From the human T2T-CHM13v2.0 reference genome, Homo sapiens: DNA of 64,000 bases. A program made the position numbers and the translations under genes. The stretch lies in the NCBI RefSeq assembly GCF_009914755.1, contig NC_060944.1. One strand, written 5' to 3'. The notes under the pieces are model-generated. The model did not search any database. It saw nothing but the letters and a program-made list of their open reading frames with translations, and was not told the DNA's origin. This document shows, piece after piece, positions 24,576 to 59,710 of this stretch. Within the stretch, counting starts at the first letter, position 1. Every line of letters starts with the position of its first letter.

Positions 24576-25001
24576 ATCAGCCTGTCCTCGGGGACCCTGC
24601 TTCTGCTGCTGGGTGTGGCGGCTCTGACCACTGGCTATGCAGTGCCCCCCAAGCTGGAGGGCATCGGTGAGGGTGAGTTCCTGGTGTTGGATCAGCGGGC
24701 AGCCGACTACAACCAGGCCCTGGGCACCTGTCGCCTGGCAGGCACAGCGCTCTGTGTGGCAGCTGGAGTTCTGCTCGCCATCTGCCTCTTCTGGGCCATG
24801 ATAGGCTGGCTGAGCCAGGACACCAAGGCAGAGCCCTTGGACCCCGAAGCCGACAGCCACGTGGAGGTCTTCGGGGATGAGCCAGAGCAGCAGTTGTCAC
24901 CCATTTTCCGCAATGCCAGTGGCCAGTCATGGTTCTCGCCACCCGCCAGCCCCTTTGGGCAATCTTCTGTGCAGACTATCCAGCCCAAGAGGGACTCCTG
25001 A
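24576..25001 (+). CDS. NRSN2: Neurensin-2 coding exon 2 (aa 64-204, two hydrophobic TM segments, stop TGA)
   Basis: Acceptor CTTCTCCCTAG|ATC; ISLSSGTLLLLLGVAALTTGYAVPPKLE...IQPKRDS*; joins in frame to give 204 aa. Confidence 0.97.
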   Translation: MSLSSGTLLLLLGVAALTTGYAVPPKLEGIGEGEFLVLDQRAADYNQALGTCRLAGTALCVAAGVLLAICLFWAMIGWLSQDTKAEPLDPEADSHVEVFGDEPEQQLSPIFRNASGQSWFSPPASPFGQSSVQTIQPKRDS

Positions 25002-26235
25002 GCTGCCCACATGGCCTAAGATGTGGGTCCTGGATCCTTCCCCCTTCTCACCATAACCCCCTCTCAGTGTTTCCCCAACTTCTCCCTTTTAGCAGGGTCC
25101 CTTTAGAGCCCAACTCCAGGTCAAATCTGGAGCTCAAATCCCAGTGCTCCCTCCCCAGGAGTGGGGCCCCAACTCTTCCAAGATACCAGCATTCCTCAAG
25201 TCCTCCCAAAACTTCCTACCCACACCCTCTTCCCAAGGCCCTCAGGGGCAGAAAACATCTCCTTCAACCCGTCCCCACTCCTTCCTCTGCATGACCTTGG
25301 GCAAACCCTTGCCCTTTCAAGCCATCAGCTCCTGCCTCTCTGCCATGAGGGCTTTGGATCAGATTCCTCTTCTCGCCAGGATGAGGACACGCACTGCCCT
25401 CCATAGACACAGATGAAGGGGTGGGGGTCATTCAGCTCGAATGGGTCCCAGATGCTCACTTGGCCTTTCCCTGCAGGATGAGTGAAGACGTTTGCCTCTC
25501 ACAGTGTGTCTTCTACCTGCATTTTGGCATCAGAGCCCCCCAGCCCACCCACCACAGGCAATTACTAGCCCTAGTTGATAGGTGAGGTGGGTGAAGAAGG
25601 CTGGAGGTGACATGTCCGAGGTCACACAACAAAGCAGCATGCAGGAACTAGAAACACATCTTCAGCCTCCTCCTGGGCCAGCTCTTGTGCTACAGGTGGG
25701 GCGGAGCCAGCCCCTCACCTTCCTGGTTCCCTGAGGGTCCTCAGGGTGGAGGACAGGTTTGGCCCAGAAAGACTAGCCAGAGGCCTGATGGTCCCAGGTG
25801 GCTCTGGATATACTTTGGATATGGATTTAAATGGTCTCTAAGAGCCGGGGGTAGGGGGCAGGAAAAGTGGGTTGTCTTTGCCCCTCAAAGTCCACCTACC
25901 TAGAAACCAAGCCCACGGTCTTGGCCGTGACCCTGATAATAAATGGGCTCTCTCAGAGGCGCCAGCCCCTCCCTCCCCAGCCGGAGGCGTCATCTCTCTT
26001 CTGTACCACTAGAGGGAGCTCTGATGCAGCTGGAGAGCAGCGCTCAAGGCTCTCGCCCCTCCCCTCCCTAACCCTTACCTTCAGTCTCCACCAGCCTGAA
26101 GGGCCTCCTAGGGGATCCTCAGGCGGCCCCCACCAGGGCACACCCTACTGTCCTTGTGCCTCACGCCCCCTCCTCATCCTGCACCCCTTCCATCCCACCT
26201 TCCCTTTCAATAAACAGCTGGGATGGATACTGACT
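25002..26235 (+). other. NRSN2: NRSN2 3' UTR with AATAAA at 25938-25943 and 26209-26214
   Basis: Follows the stop codon; the second hexamer is followed by a T/GT-rich downstream element. Confidence 0.8.
26006..26019 (+). promoter_or_regulatory. CTCF motif
   Basis: CCACTAGAGGGAGC, one mismatch to CCASYAGRKGGCRS. Confidence 0.5.
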
Positions 26236-26348
26236 TTGTTTCCTTTCTCCCTGGCCACTGGGGCGTGGGGAGGAGAAAGACACAGACTCAGGAGCACCTA
26301 CTGTGTGCTGGGCACGACCCATTATTTCTCATTCGCTCCTCAGGATAA

Positions 26349-27727
<1,379 letters not shown>

Positions 27728-27999
27728 TTAGCCTGATTGGCCTATTGCCTGAGTGTGGAGCTCCTGTCTTTGGGTGGGAAGGAGATTTCTCAGCCACCTT
27801 GAGAACACACTTCCTCTAGTTCTGAAAGGAATGTGAGGGCCAGGGTGTGGGAGAGGGGGCTGAAGCCAAAGGTAAGATCTTTTCCAGGCCTGGAAGAGTA
27901 ATTAACCCCTTTTGGCACTCACCAGGGGCTGGGCCTTGTTCTTAGTGCCTTACAGAATTCGGGAATTCATTTAACCAGGACGACAACCTCTGAGGTGGC

Positions 28000-28790
28000 G
28001 GCTATTATTCTCAAACCTAGTTTTTCCTAAACTCCAGGCTTGCGTTCCCATCTGCATTCACCTGGATGTTGAATTTAAACTCAACTATCTCAAACTGTTC
28101 TCCTTGTTACCACCCCTCCCTGACCAAACCTGCCTCTACTATGCTGCCCACGTCTTAGAGAGTAGCGTCCCCATTCTTCTGGCTGCTCCAGCCAAAACCT
28201 CCTCTCTTTCCTCACACCCTGTATCCAATCCATCAGCAAGTCCTGTCAACTCAACCTTGGAAATATATCCTGTACCCAACTACACCTGGACATCCCCGTG
28301 GCTGATTCCATGGTCTGAACCACCAGCGACCAGCGCCTCGATCTGGATCATTGCACCAGCTTCCCCCGGTCTCCTGGCTTCTGAGTTTTGAACCCCACCC
28401 TACTCCACGCCTTGACTCCCCAAGTCTAATTACTACACAGTAGCCAGACAGATCTTGTTAGAACATAAACTAGGTCATGTTCCTCCTCCGCTCCAAACCT
28501 TCCCATGGCTCCCACCTAACTCAGAGTAGCCAAAACCCTCCCTGTGGCCTCCAAGGCCCTACACAATTTGCTGATTTCCACTCCCCCCGCACTTTCCTCT
28601 GTAACCCCAACTCCCACCACTCTCCAGGTTCCTGTGTCCTCTCCAGCCAGGATCCTGACTCAGGGCCTTTGCCTCACTGTTCCCTCTGCTGGGGTACTCC
28701 TCCCCAGTTGACGACATGGGCAGTTCCTTCAAGTCGTTGCTCAAACATCACCTTCTCAGCAAGGCCTTCCCTGAGCAGCCTATTAGAATT
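28000..28790. mobile_element. L2 remnant
   Basis: ATCCAATCCATCAGCAAGTCCTG...CAAACATCACCTTCTCAG. Confidence 0.6.
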
Positions 28791-28797
28791 GCAACCA

Positions 28798-32102
<3,305 letters not shown>

Positions 32103-33264
32103 TTAATGGGGGTGGAGTGAGAGAGAGCCTGCTGGAGCAGTCCGAAAGGCAGGCATTCCTTCTGTTCAGCAACATTCCTGCCCCCACAATCTCCTCCCAC
32201 AACTTATATCTAGTGCAGGCTGAGAGTGAATCTGTCTGCCAGTGTTCAAGCCACTGTGTGAACCTGAGTTTCTTAACCGTTCTGAGTGTCAGGAGTTTTT
32301 TTCATCTCCAAAATAGGAGCAACAAGGATACCAATCCCTTGAGATTGTATGAAGCTTAATGCACTTAACACAGCACCTGGCACGTAGACATGCTCCCTAA
32401 ATGCCAGCTGTTATTATGAAAGAGAGAAGTCTGAGGTTCAGAACTAGCAGGCAACACATAATCTATAATGATGGATGGCTCAGACAGGGTCCTGTCCTAT
32501 AGGGACTCACAGTCTAGTGGAAAGGACAGTCCTGTGGACAGCAAATGGCAATATACCTGGGTAAGTACTGTAATAGAATAACAAAGTAATATCCTATCAC
32601 GGGGCAGTCACGGGGGCAGTGAGAGACAAGCGCTTGTCCATGCCAGGCTCTGTACTCAGTCCATCACATACATTAGGTCTTGCAGTCCTCATACCACCAT
32701 AAGGTGGTTACCATTATCTCCAATTCACAGAAAAGCAAACAGTATGGAGTGTTTAAGCGTCCTGTCCGAGATGGCATAGCTAGTGGAGCTGAAATTTGAA
32801 CCCAAGTAATCCAGGTCCAGAATGCCCCGGATGCAGAAATGACCACACAGATTCTACCAATGAACTAACCTGATAAGGTTGGAGGTCATACTCATAACCC
32901 CTCACACAGGTCCACACAGACACAGGCAAGCACACCCATGTCTATTCAGATACACACCAATTCCTGTCTATGACGAGCGCTCAGAAAATCCTCCACAACA
33001 CCACACCAGGAATGATGTGCATTTTGAGAAAAAAAAAAATCAGCTCTGAAGACCTCACAGACACATGCAGTGAAATGTAAATGGAGGGACCCACCCAAGT
33101 TCTTGAATAGCACATTACATGCCTGGATGCACATCAGCGGGCATGTAAATGATGACGAGGAGGTCTGCAGACACTGACACGCTGCATTTGCACTCACTCT
33201 GCTACTGAATTTTTTAGCAGCTACATTTACTGAGCACCTACTGTATGTAAGGAAAGATAAAGCA

Positions 33265-41750
<8,486 letters not shown>

Positions 41751-42459
41751 GCACTTTTCCTTCTAATGGAATGTAAGCGCCACTTTTGTCTGTTATTTTC
41801 ACTGTAGTATCCCTAGCCTTTGGAATGTTGCCTGGCAAGTAGTAGGTACTCAGTAAATATTTGTTGAAGAAACGGATGATTCTATAAATAGCATGGATTG
41901 ATATGGGAAAGCTATGTAGGTGGATGGATGGATGCTTGTCGGATGGAGGGTAGATGAAAGAACAGCGAGAAATTCGAATGGCTAGATGGTGGGGATGCAT
42001 TATAAAATAATAATTCATAGATGGAAAAGGAATGAATAGATGGGTGGAGGGATTTAATCTCTTCAACTACTATTTACTGACCACTTGCCGTGTGCCAGGC
42101 ACTGTATGAGGTGCTAGAGACACTGGTGAGCCACACAGGCAAGGTGCCTGTCCTAAGGGAGCCTGTAGTTCAGTGGGTGAGGCAGACACTAAACAAATAA
42201 CAAATACATACATAATTCCAATTATAGTTAAGTGTTCTGGTGGAAAAGAACAGGATGCTCTGGGAGAGAATAATATGGATAAGTGATGGAAAAATGGACA
42301 ATAAATGGGTAGATGGAGATGGATAGGATCGGGGTTATTTGCCTTAAAGGGCCTGGCTTCAGGACTGGAGCTGCTTTACCTTAAAGGGCCTGTCGGACCA
42401 CATGTACCATCCCACATCCCAGACCAGCTCTGCACTCAGAGACTGTCCCTCTCTCCCTG

Positions 42460-43530
42460 CCCTGACTCAGCACCTGCCTGGCCTATCCCCAGTGGTCCTG
42501 CCTGACTCTACCTCCAGCTCCCACCCTGCTGAGTCACAGTCAGGCTGGTCAGGGGGCTGTCCCATGTTCAGTCCAGCCCCTCAGCCTTCCTCGACCTGGG
42601 GGGGTATGGGGAGCAGCCCAGAGGGGAGGGGAGCAGGTGCCAAGCTCTTGATTCCTGTGCCTGAGCACTGCCCTGTTGAGACCAGAGAGAGAATCTATGG
42701 CTAGGGTATCTGGGGCTACAGTTGGGGTTTATCTGGGGCCTGGGGTCACACATGATGGATTAGAGCTAAATCTATCTCCAGGGTTATAACTCAATCAGGA
42801 GCTAGAATTCAAATTCAGTTTATGGATCATGTGGGGAAAAAGTGACCAAGACACCGTTCAGTTTGGGACCTGGGTCGGGGTTAGCTGTGGCTACGGCCCA
42901 GGGCTTAGTGATCACAGGTCAGACCATGTTCAAGGTTTCAGGCCAGAGTGCAGTTGAAGTGCAAAGTCAGGCAATAGGGTTCACCCTAGGACCACAGTCA
43001 AGGATCTGGGTCAGTTAGTGTCCAGGGCACTGGCCTTGTCTCCTCTTCTTTGGGAGAGAAGCCAGGTGGATGAGTTGGATCTAAATGTCCTGAGGAGCAA
43101 CTTCCAGCTCAAGTTCCTTCACCCAGGCGGCCTAAGCCCTCTCAGCACTGGCCCCAAAGCCTTCCTTCATCCCTCAACTTCCTCCATCACTCCCTGACAG
43201 CCTGGCCTTGCTCAGTGTCCCTCGCAAGGCTGAACAGTCCTCATTCTGGCACCTCAGGGGACAGGGTAGGGGTGGGGACTATGGGACAGGGCTCAGTGCT
43301 GGACCCAGGAGGGCGCCTTGCGCAAGGTTTTCTGATGCAACTGGCTGAGTGCTTCAGCACTCCACCCCCACCCCCCAAGCTTTTCTCAGAAAGGCAAGGC
43401 CTGGGCAGTTATCCAGACTGAACATGTAATCCCCTTCCTTCTCTGGCCTTTGATGGCTTCAGGACCTGCAGGCAAAAGGAAGGCAGGAAGGCAGGCAGGA
43501 AGGAAGGAAGGTCAGGTGACTCAGCAATGC
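42460..43530. promoter_or_regulatory. Candidate distal stress enhancer (three TGACTCAGCA, C/EBP palindrome, CARE)
   Basis: Motifs at 42463-42472, 42527-42537, 43316-43327, 43333-43341 and 43516-43526 in Alu-free DNA. Confidence 0.6.
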
Positions 43531-43895
43531 GTCCAGCACTGGGAGCTGGCAGATCTGGGGCTCCCTCATCCTCCAGCTGAGAGGCGAGAAAGAGAATCAG
43601 GATCCCTGGAAGTTTGGAGATCCTAACCCCTTATACATACAAAGCAGCAATTATGTGCCTAAGCCCAGGGAGAGACCTGTAGCTGCCCAAGGTCAGAGGC
43701 AAGGTCAGAACCAGACCAGCTGTCTTCAGCCCATGGCTATGATCTAGCTATTTCCACTACACAGAAAGAGAGAACCCTTCACCCTTGAGGAGGGCACGGG
43801 ACTTCCCCAGGAACCTCCCGTCAATCCTGTTGAGGCTCCTGAAATGGTGGAATGACGTGGACTTTGGAACCACGCAGACCTGGGTTTAAATCCCA

Positions 43896-51050
<7,155 letters not shown>

Positions 51051-51752
51051 CTAGGACGCAGAGGGGTGTTTCACCCCAAATCAAGTAGCACCAAGCCCTC
51101 CCAGGCCTCGGGTGCAAGCATATTAAAGGCCTCTTTCCCTCTCCGTCTCCATTGTTTACACTCCATTGAGCATCCGCAATGTGCCACACACTGTTCTAAG
51201 CGTCTTACACATATTAAATTATTTAATCCTCACAACAACTTTATGAAGTGAGCGCAATTATGAGCCCATTTTATGGAGCAGGAAGTTGAGGCAGGGTTTT
51301 AGGTAGCTTTTCTGGTGTAGCACTGTGGGTTGGAGCGGAGGTGGAGTGCACTCTTAGGCCAGCTGGCTCTAGGGGCTCTTCACCACTAGGCCGCACTGCC
51401 TCTAGCAAAGGGACGCGGGCAAGCTCACCAGACCTTAGGCCTCCCAAGGGCGCCACGGTGGTTCCTTTGAGCCCAGAGTCAGCTCTTAAGTCCATAGGCC
51501 TTCCTGAAGCTTCTGAACCACTTGCCCATAGCTGGGCCTCAGGCTGGCTCTCAGTAGAATGTGGAGAATGGAGATTCCCGCATGTCCACTTCTCCTAAAG
51601 GTTTTATAAGGCAGTGCTGGGAATGTGCTTTATAAACGGGGAAGCACCCCGACAACAGTCACTGTTTGCTCTTTTAAGCACCATCCTGAGAAGGAGGAAT
51701 GTTCTTCCCATTTCATAGGTGGGGAAACCGAGGCTCAGAAGAGCAAATTTTT

Positions 51753-52048
<296 letters not shown>

Positions 52049-52225
52049 GAGCAAATTTTTTTTCCAAGGTGATAGGGAGAGTCCGTGGCTGATGTCTGCA
52101 CTGACCAGACGCCCCTAGGGGGCCAGCGAGGGCGGGTCCCAGGTGCAGCGGATGCAGAGGAGAGAGGCCCGGGCGCGGCGCGGGGGATGGTGCGATCCCG
52201 GGCCCGAGGGCATCAGACGGCGGCT

Positions 52226-52390
52226 GATTAGCTCCGGTTTGCATCACCCGGACCGGGGGATTAGCTCCGGTTTGCATCACCCGGACCGGGGGATTAGCTC
52301 CGGTTTGCATCACCCGGACCGGGGGATTAGCTCCGGTTTGCATCACCCGGACCGGGGGATTAGCTCCGGTTTGCATCACCCGGACCGGGG
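52226..52390 (+). repeat. TRIB3: TRIB3 promoter 33-bp VNTR, 5 identical copies, each with C/EBP-ATF composite TTTGCATCA
   Basis: Unit GATTAGCTCCGGTTTGCATCACCCGGACCGGGG starts at 52226, 52259, 52292, 52325, 52358. Confidence 0.98.
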
Positions 52391-52404
52391 GCCGGGCGCG
52401 CACG

Positions 52405-52582
52405 AGACTCGCAGCGGAAGTGGAGGCGGCTCCGCGCGCGTCCGCTGCTAGGACCCGGGCAGGGCTGGAGCTGGGCTGGGATCCCGAGCTCGGCAGCAGC
52501 GCAGCGGGCCGGCCCACCTGCTGGTGCCCTGGAGGCTCTGAGCCCCGGCGGCGCCCGGGCCCACGCGGAACGACGGGGCGAG
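52405..52582 (+). other. TRIB3: TRIB3 non-coding exon 1 (TSS approximate)
   Basis: Donor GGGGCGAG|GTACTC at 52582/52583; splices directly onto the ATG at 59420. Confidence 0.8.
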
Positions 52583-53512
52583 GTACTCGGCGGGGTGCGG
52601 CCTGCGGACTCGCCCGGAGGCCGGGGGGCGGGAGGGGGCGGCCGGAGAAGGGGGCGCCGGAAGCCTCTGGGCGTCTGCGTGTTGCCGCGTGTTACACGCA
52701 CGCACGCCCCTTACACACCTTTTCACAGACCCCGCCGTCGGGGCGCGGCCAGGTCAGATCCCTTTTGATCCGGGCCTGGGCTGAGTGCTCCCCCCGGGCT
52801 TCAGGTGACGCGGCCCCGCGGAGCGTGGGGTCGCCCGAGTTGGGCTGGGGAAGCCAGGGACGGAGGTGTCCGGCCGTCACCCCTAGAGGAGGGCGTGCGG
52901 GGGTCTGTTTTGCGTGAGTGCGGGATAGGGGAGTCGTGTGGTGCGGTGAGGGGCTTGTGGGGGGCACTGGAGGACTCTGGGGGTGGCGGGGGATCCGAGG
53001 GGTCCTCGTGAACCCGCAGGGGAGAGTCCTGGGTGAGGGTGGGTCCCGAGCACCTGTGTCTCAGGAGATGGTGAGAGCTGTCTGGAGGGCTGGGCGCTTG
53101 GTGGCAGGGGTTGGCGGTGCAGGGGACACCGCCGGGACAGGGCTGGGGTGCCCTGGGAGCGGGGGAGCCGAGGGAGCGGGAGCGGGGGCGCAGCGCGCGA
53201 TCTCTGGCCGGGCAGGGCCGCTGGTTCTCCCCAGTGCGCGGCTCCGGGTTTGCAGGTGGACGGTGCGCGCGTGTCTGCGGTGTGTGCTGTGCCTGCAGAC
53301 CGGGGAGGGCGGGGGACGACAGCCACCTCCTTCCCTCTGCCTCACCCCCCTCCTGTCCCAGGGCCGCGCTTCAATTTCCGCTGAAACTTCTGACTCGGAC
53401 ACCCGCCGCCTTTCGCTTGGGCTCCCACGGGAGGGGCCTGGCTGCGGGGGGCGGGGCGGGGTGGGGGTGCGGCCTTGCTCGGGTAGACCATGGGTGTGAC
53501 AGCTGGGAGGGC

Positions 53513-53548
<36 letters not shown>

Positions 53549-53551
53549 CGC
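53513..53551. repeat. (TG)14(CG)5C alternating purine-pyrimidine tract
   Basis: Read directly. Confidence 0.95.
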
Positions 53552-54846
53552 TTGCGCTTGATGTAACCCGCCCTCATTTCCCTGGGTCCCGAGTGTGGCA
53601 GGGAACAGCAAGAGGTAGATATTAGGGGCTGCTTTCATTCCACATCACAGATTCTATTCTGCAGTGTGGTCTGCAAAATGCCTTGCCCAAGATGTATAGA
53701 CTCAGTTACCGCATCTGTCCCCATCTGGGTGGAGCTTATCCCAGGCCCCAACAGGCTCTGAGGGATGGCCGGGGCCAAGGCAGCCTGGACTACTGATGTG
53801 GCACAGGCCAGAGGGACTCCAGGCAGTCTCCTGCTGCACAGGGCACAAAGCATGTGCACAGCCAGGTATCATCCTGCGTGACTCAGAACAGCCTTGAGAT
53901 GTAAGGAGTGTCATCCCAGCCTCGAACCTGGGGAGCTTTCTAAGACTCCCAAGGATGGTACTTATGCATCTTGCTGTGAAGAATAACAGGATGAGTGCTA
54001 ATAATGACCATTTCCTGACACCTACCTGGCAACAGGTCCATAAGCTCTACATGCTTCATTTGTGTTTTCATTTCATCATCACGAAAAACCTGTAAGCTTT
54101 GCATCCTGTTCCCACTTTACAGGAACTGAGGCTCAGAAAGCTTGAGGAACTTGACCAGGGGTACCCCCCAGCTAGAAAGGGTTTGAGACAGGATTAGAAC
54201 CCAGGAATATCTGACTACAGCCACTCCTTACTGCATTCTTACCAAGCCAAAGTCATGACCTTTCACTCATGTGGGGAGGCCTTCCCTTCCAAGGCAGCTC
54301 TTCCATTTGGGAGCAGCGTACTTGGAGAGGTGGGCCTCTGTCTGGTAACTGACTCATGTTGCCTTGTTAATCCTGCCTTGAACTGTTGGGAAGGTCTTTA
54401 ACCAGGCTGAGGTCTCTCGCACCAATGCCCATACCTGGGCATGCACCTCCTTGGAATGGAGTTTAAGTGGGTGGGCAGATGGGTTCTAGAGAGAACCCGT
54501 CTGCCCTGACCATGCCCTACTGCCCTCTCCTTCAGCCACCACACACACAGTCACACAGCTGCGTGAATGGTGGCTTTCCTTTCACTTAACAGTTCACTCT
54601 GGAGATCCTTCCAATTACCCTATAAAGAGCATCCTCAACCTTTTAAATGGCTGCACATTGTTCCGTTGTGTGGATGAAGTATAATTTATGTAACCAGCCC
54701 TGTAATTATAGACAGCCAATTATTTCTGTCAAAAGGGCTGCAGGAATAACTGTGTATTTGCATGCTTACACACACACACCTCTACAGAATAAATTCTTAG
54801 CAATGGGATTAATTGCTGAATCAAAGCTCACACGCTTTTCATCGTT

Positions 54847-58978
<4,132 letters not shown>

Positions 58979-59419
58979 CCCACCATAAAAGCATTCTATA
59001 ACACGTAATTCTGTGTTTGTCTTTCTTCTCTTAATACATCTTGGAGATCAGTACGCATCAGTATATAGAGAGCTTCCTTGTCCTTTTTCAGGGCTGTGTA
59101 GTATTCTGCTGTATGGCTATACCATGATGTTTTCACTAGCTTTCTACTGCCTGACATTTGGGATATTTCCTGCTTTTGCTATTGGACACAAGGCTCTGAT
59201 GAACAGCCTTTACTATATTTAATTTTTTTGTGAGAAGTTTAACTGGAAGATAAATTCCCAGAAGTGGGGCACCCAGTTAAGGATATGTGACTTTGTCATT
59301 TTAACACACACTGCCAGATCACCCCCTATAAATGTTGTGCCACGTATCCTCCCACCAGCAGGGGAAAGGAGGGGCCACCAAGCAGTCTCACTTTAGTGCT
59401 TTTCTCTCCTTTTTACCAG

Positions 59420-59710
59420 ATGCGAGCCACCCCTCTGGCTGCTCCTGCGGGTTCCCTGTCCAGGAAGAAGCGGTTGGAGTTGGATGACAACTTAGATACC
59501 GAGCGTCCCGTCCAGAAACGAGCTCGAAGTGGGCCCCAGCCCAGACTGCCCCCCTGCCTGTTGCCCCTGAGCCCACCTACTGCTCCAGATCGTGCAACTG
59601 CTGTGGCCACTGCCTCCCGTCTTGGGCCCTATGTCCTCCTGGAGCCCGAGGAGGGCGGGCGGGCCTACCAGGCCCTGCACTGCCCTACAGGCACTGAGTA
59701 TACCTGCAAG
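59420..59710 (+). CDS. TRIB3: Tribbles pseudokinase 3, first coding exon (aa 1-97)
   Basis: MRATPLAAPAGSLSRKKRLELDDNLDTERPVQKRARSGPQP...EYTCK; acceptor TTTTACCAG|ATG, donor AAG|GTACGT, phase 0. Confidence 0.98.

Larger units (their letters stand above)
52080..53570. promoter_or_regulatory. TRIB3: TRIB3 CpG-island promoter / first-exon region
   Basis: Very high GC and CpG; contains the CARE VNTR, ETS site CGGAAGTG and exon-1 donors. Confidence 0.93.

Noticed and set aside
43352-43372. REST/NRSE-like TTCAGCAC
   Set aside because: Only the left half-site; the GGACAG half is missing
52226-52390. CRISPR-like array
   Set aside because: Head-to-tail identical units with no spacers, in a human promoter
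53678-53900. Possible in-frame N-terminal extension exon for TRIB3
   Set aside because: The ATGs I tested (53678, 53765, 53796, 53852) either hit stops or are out of frame with the donors at 53865 and 53900; at most a UTR exon
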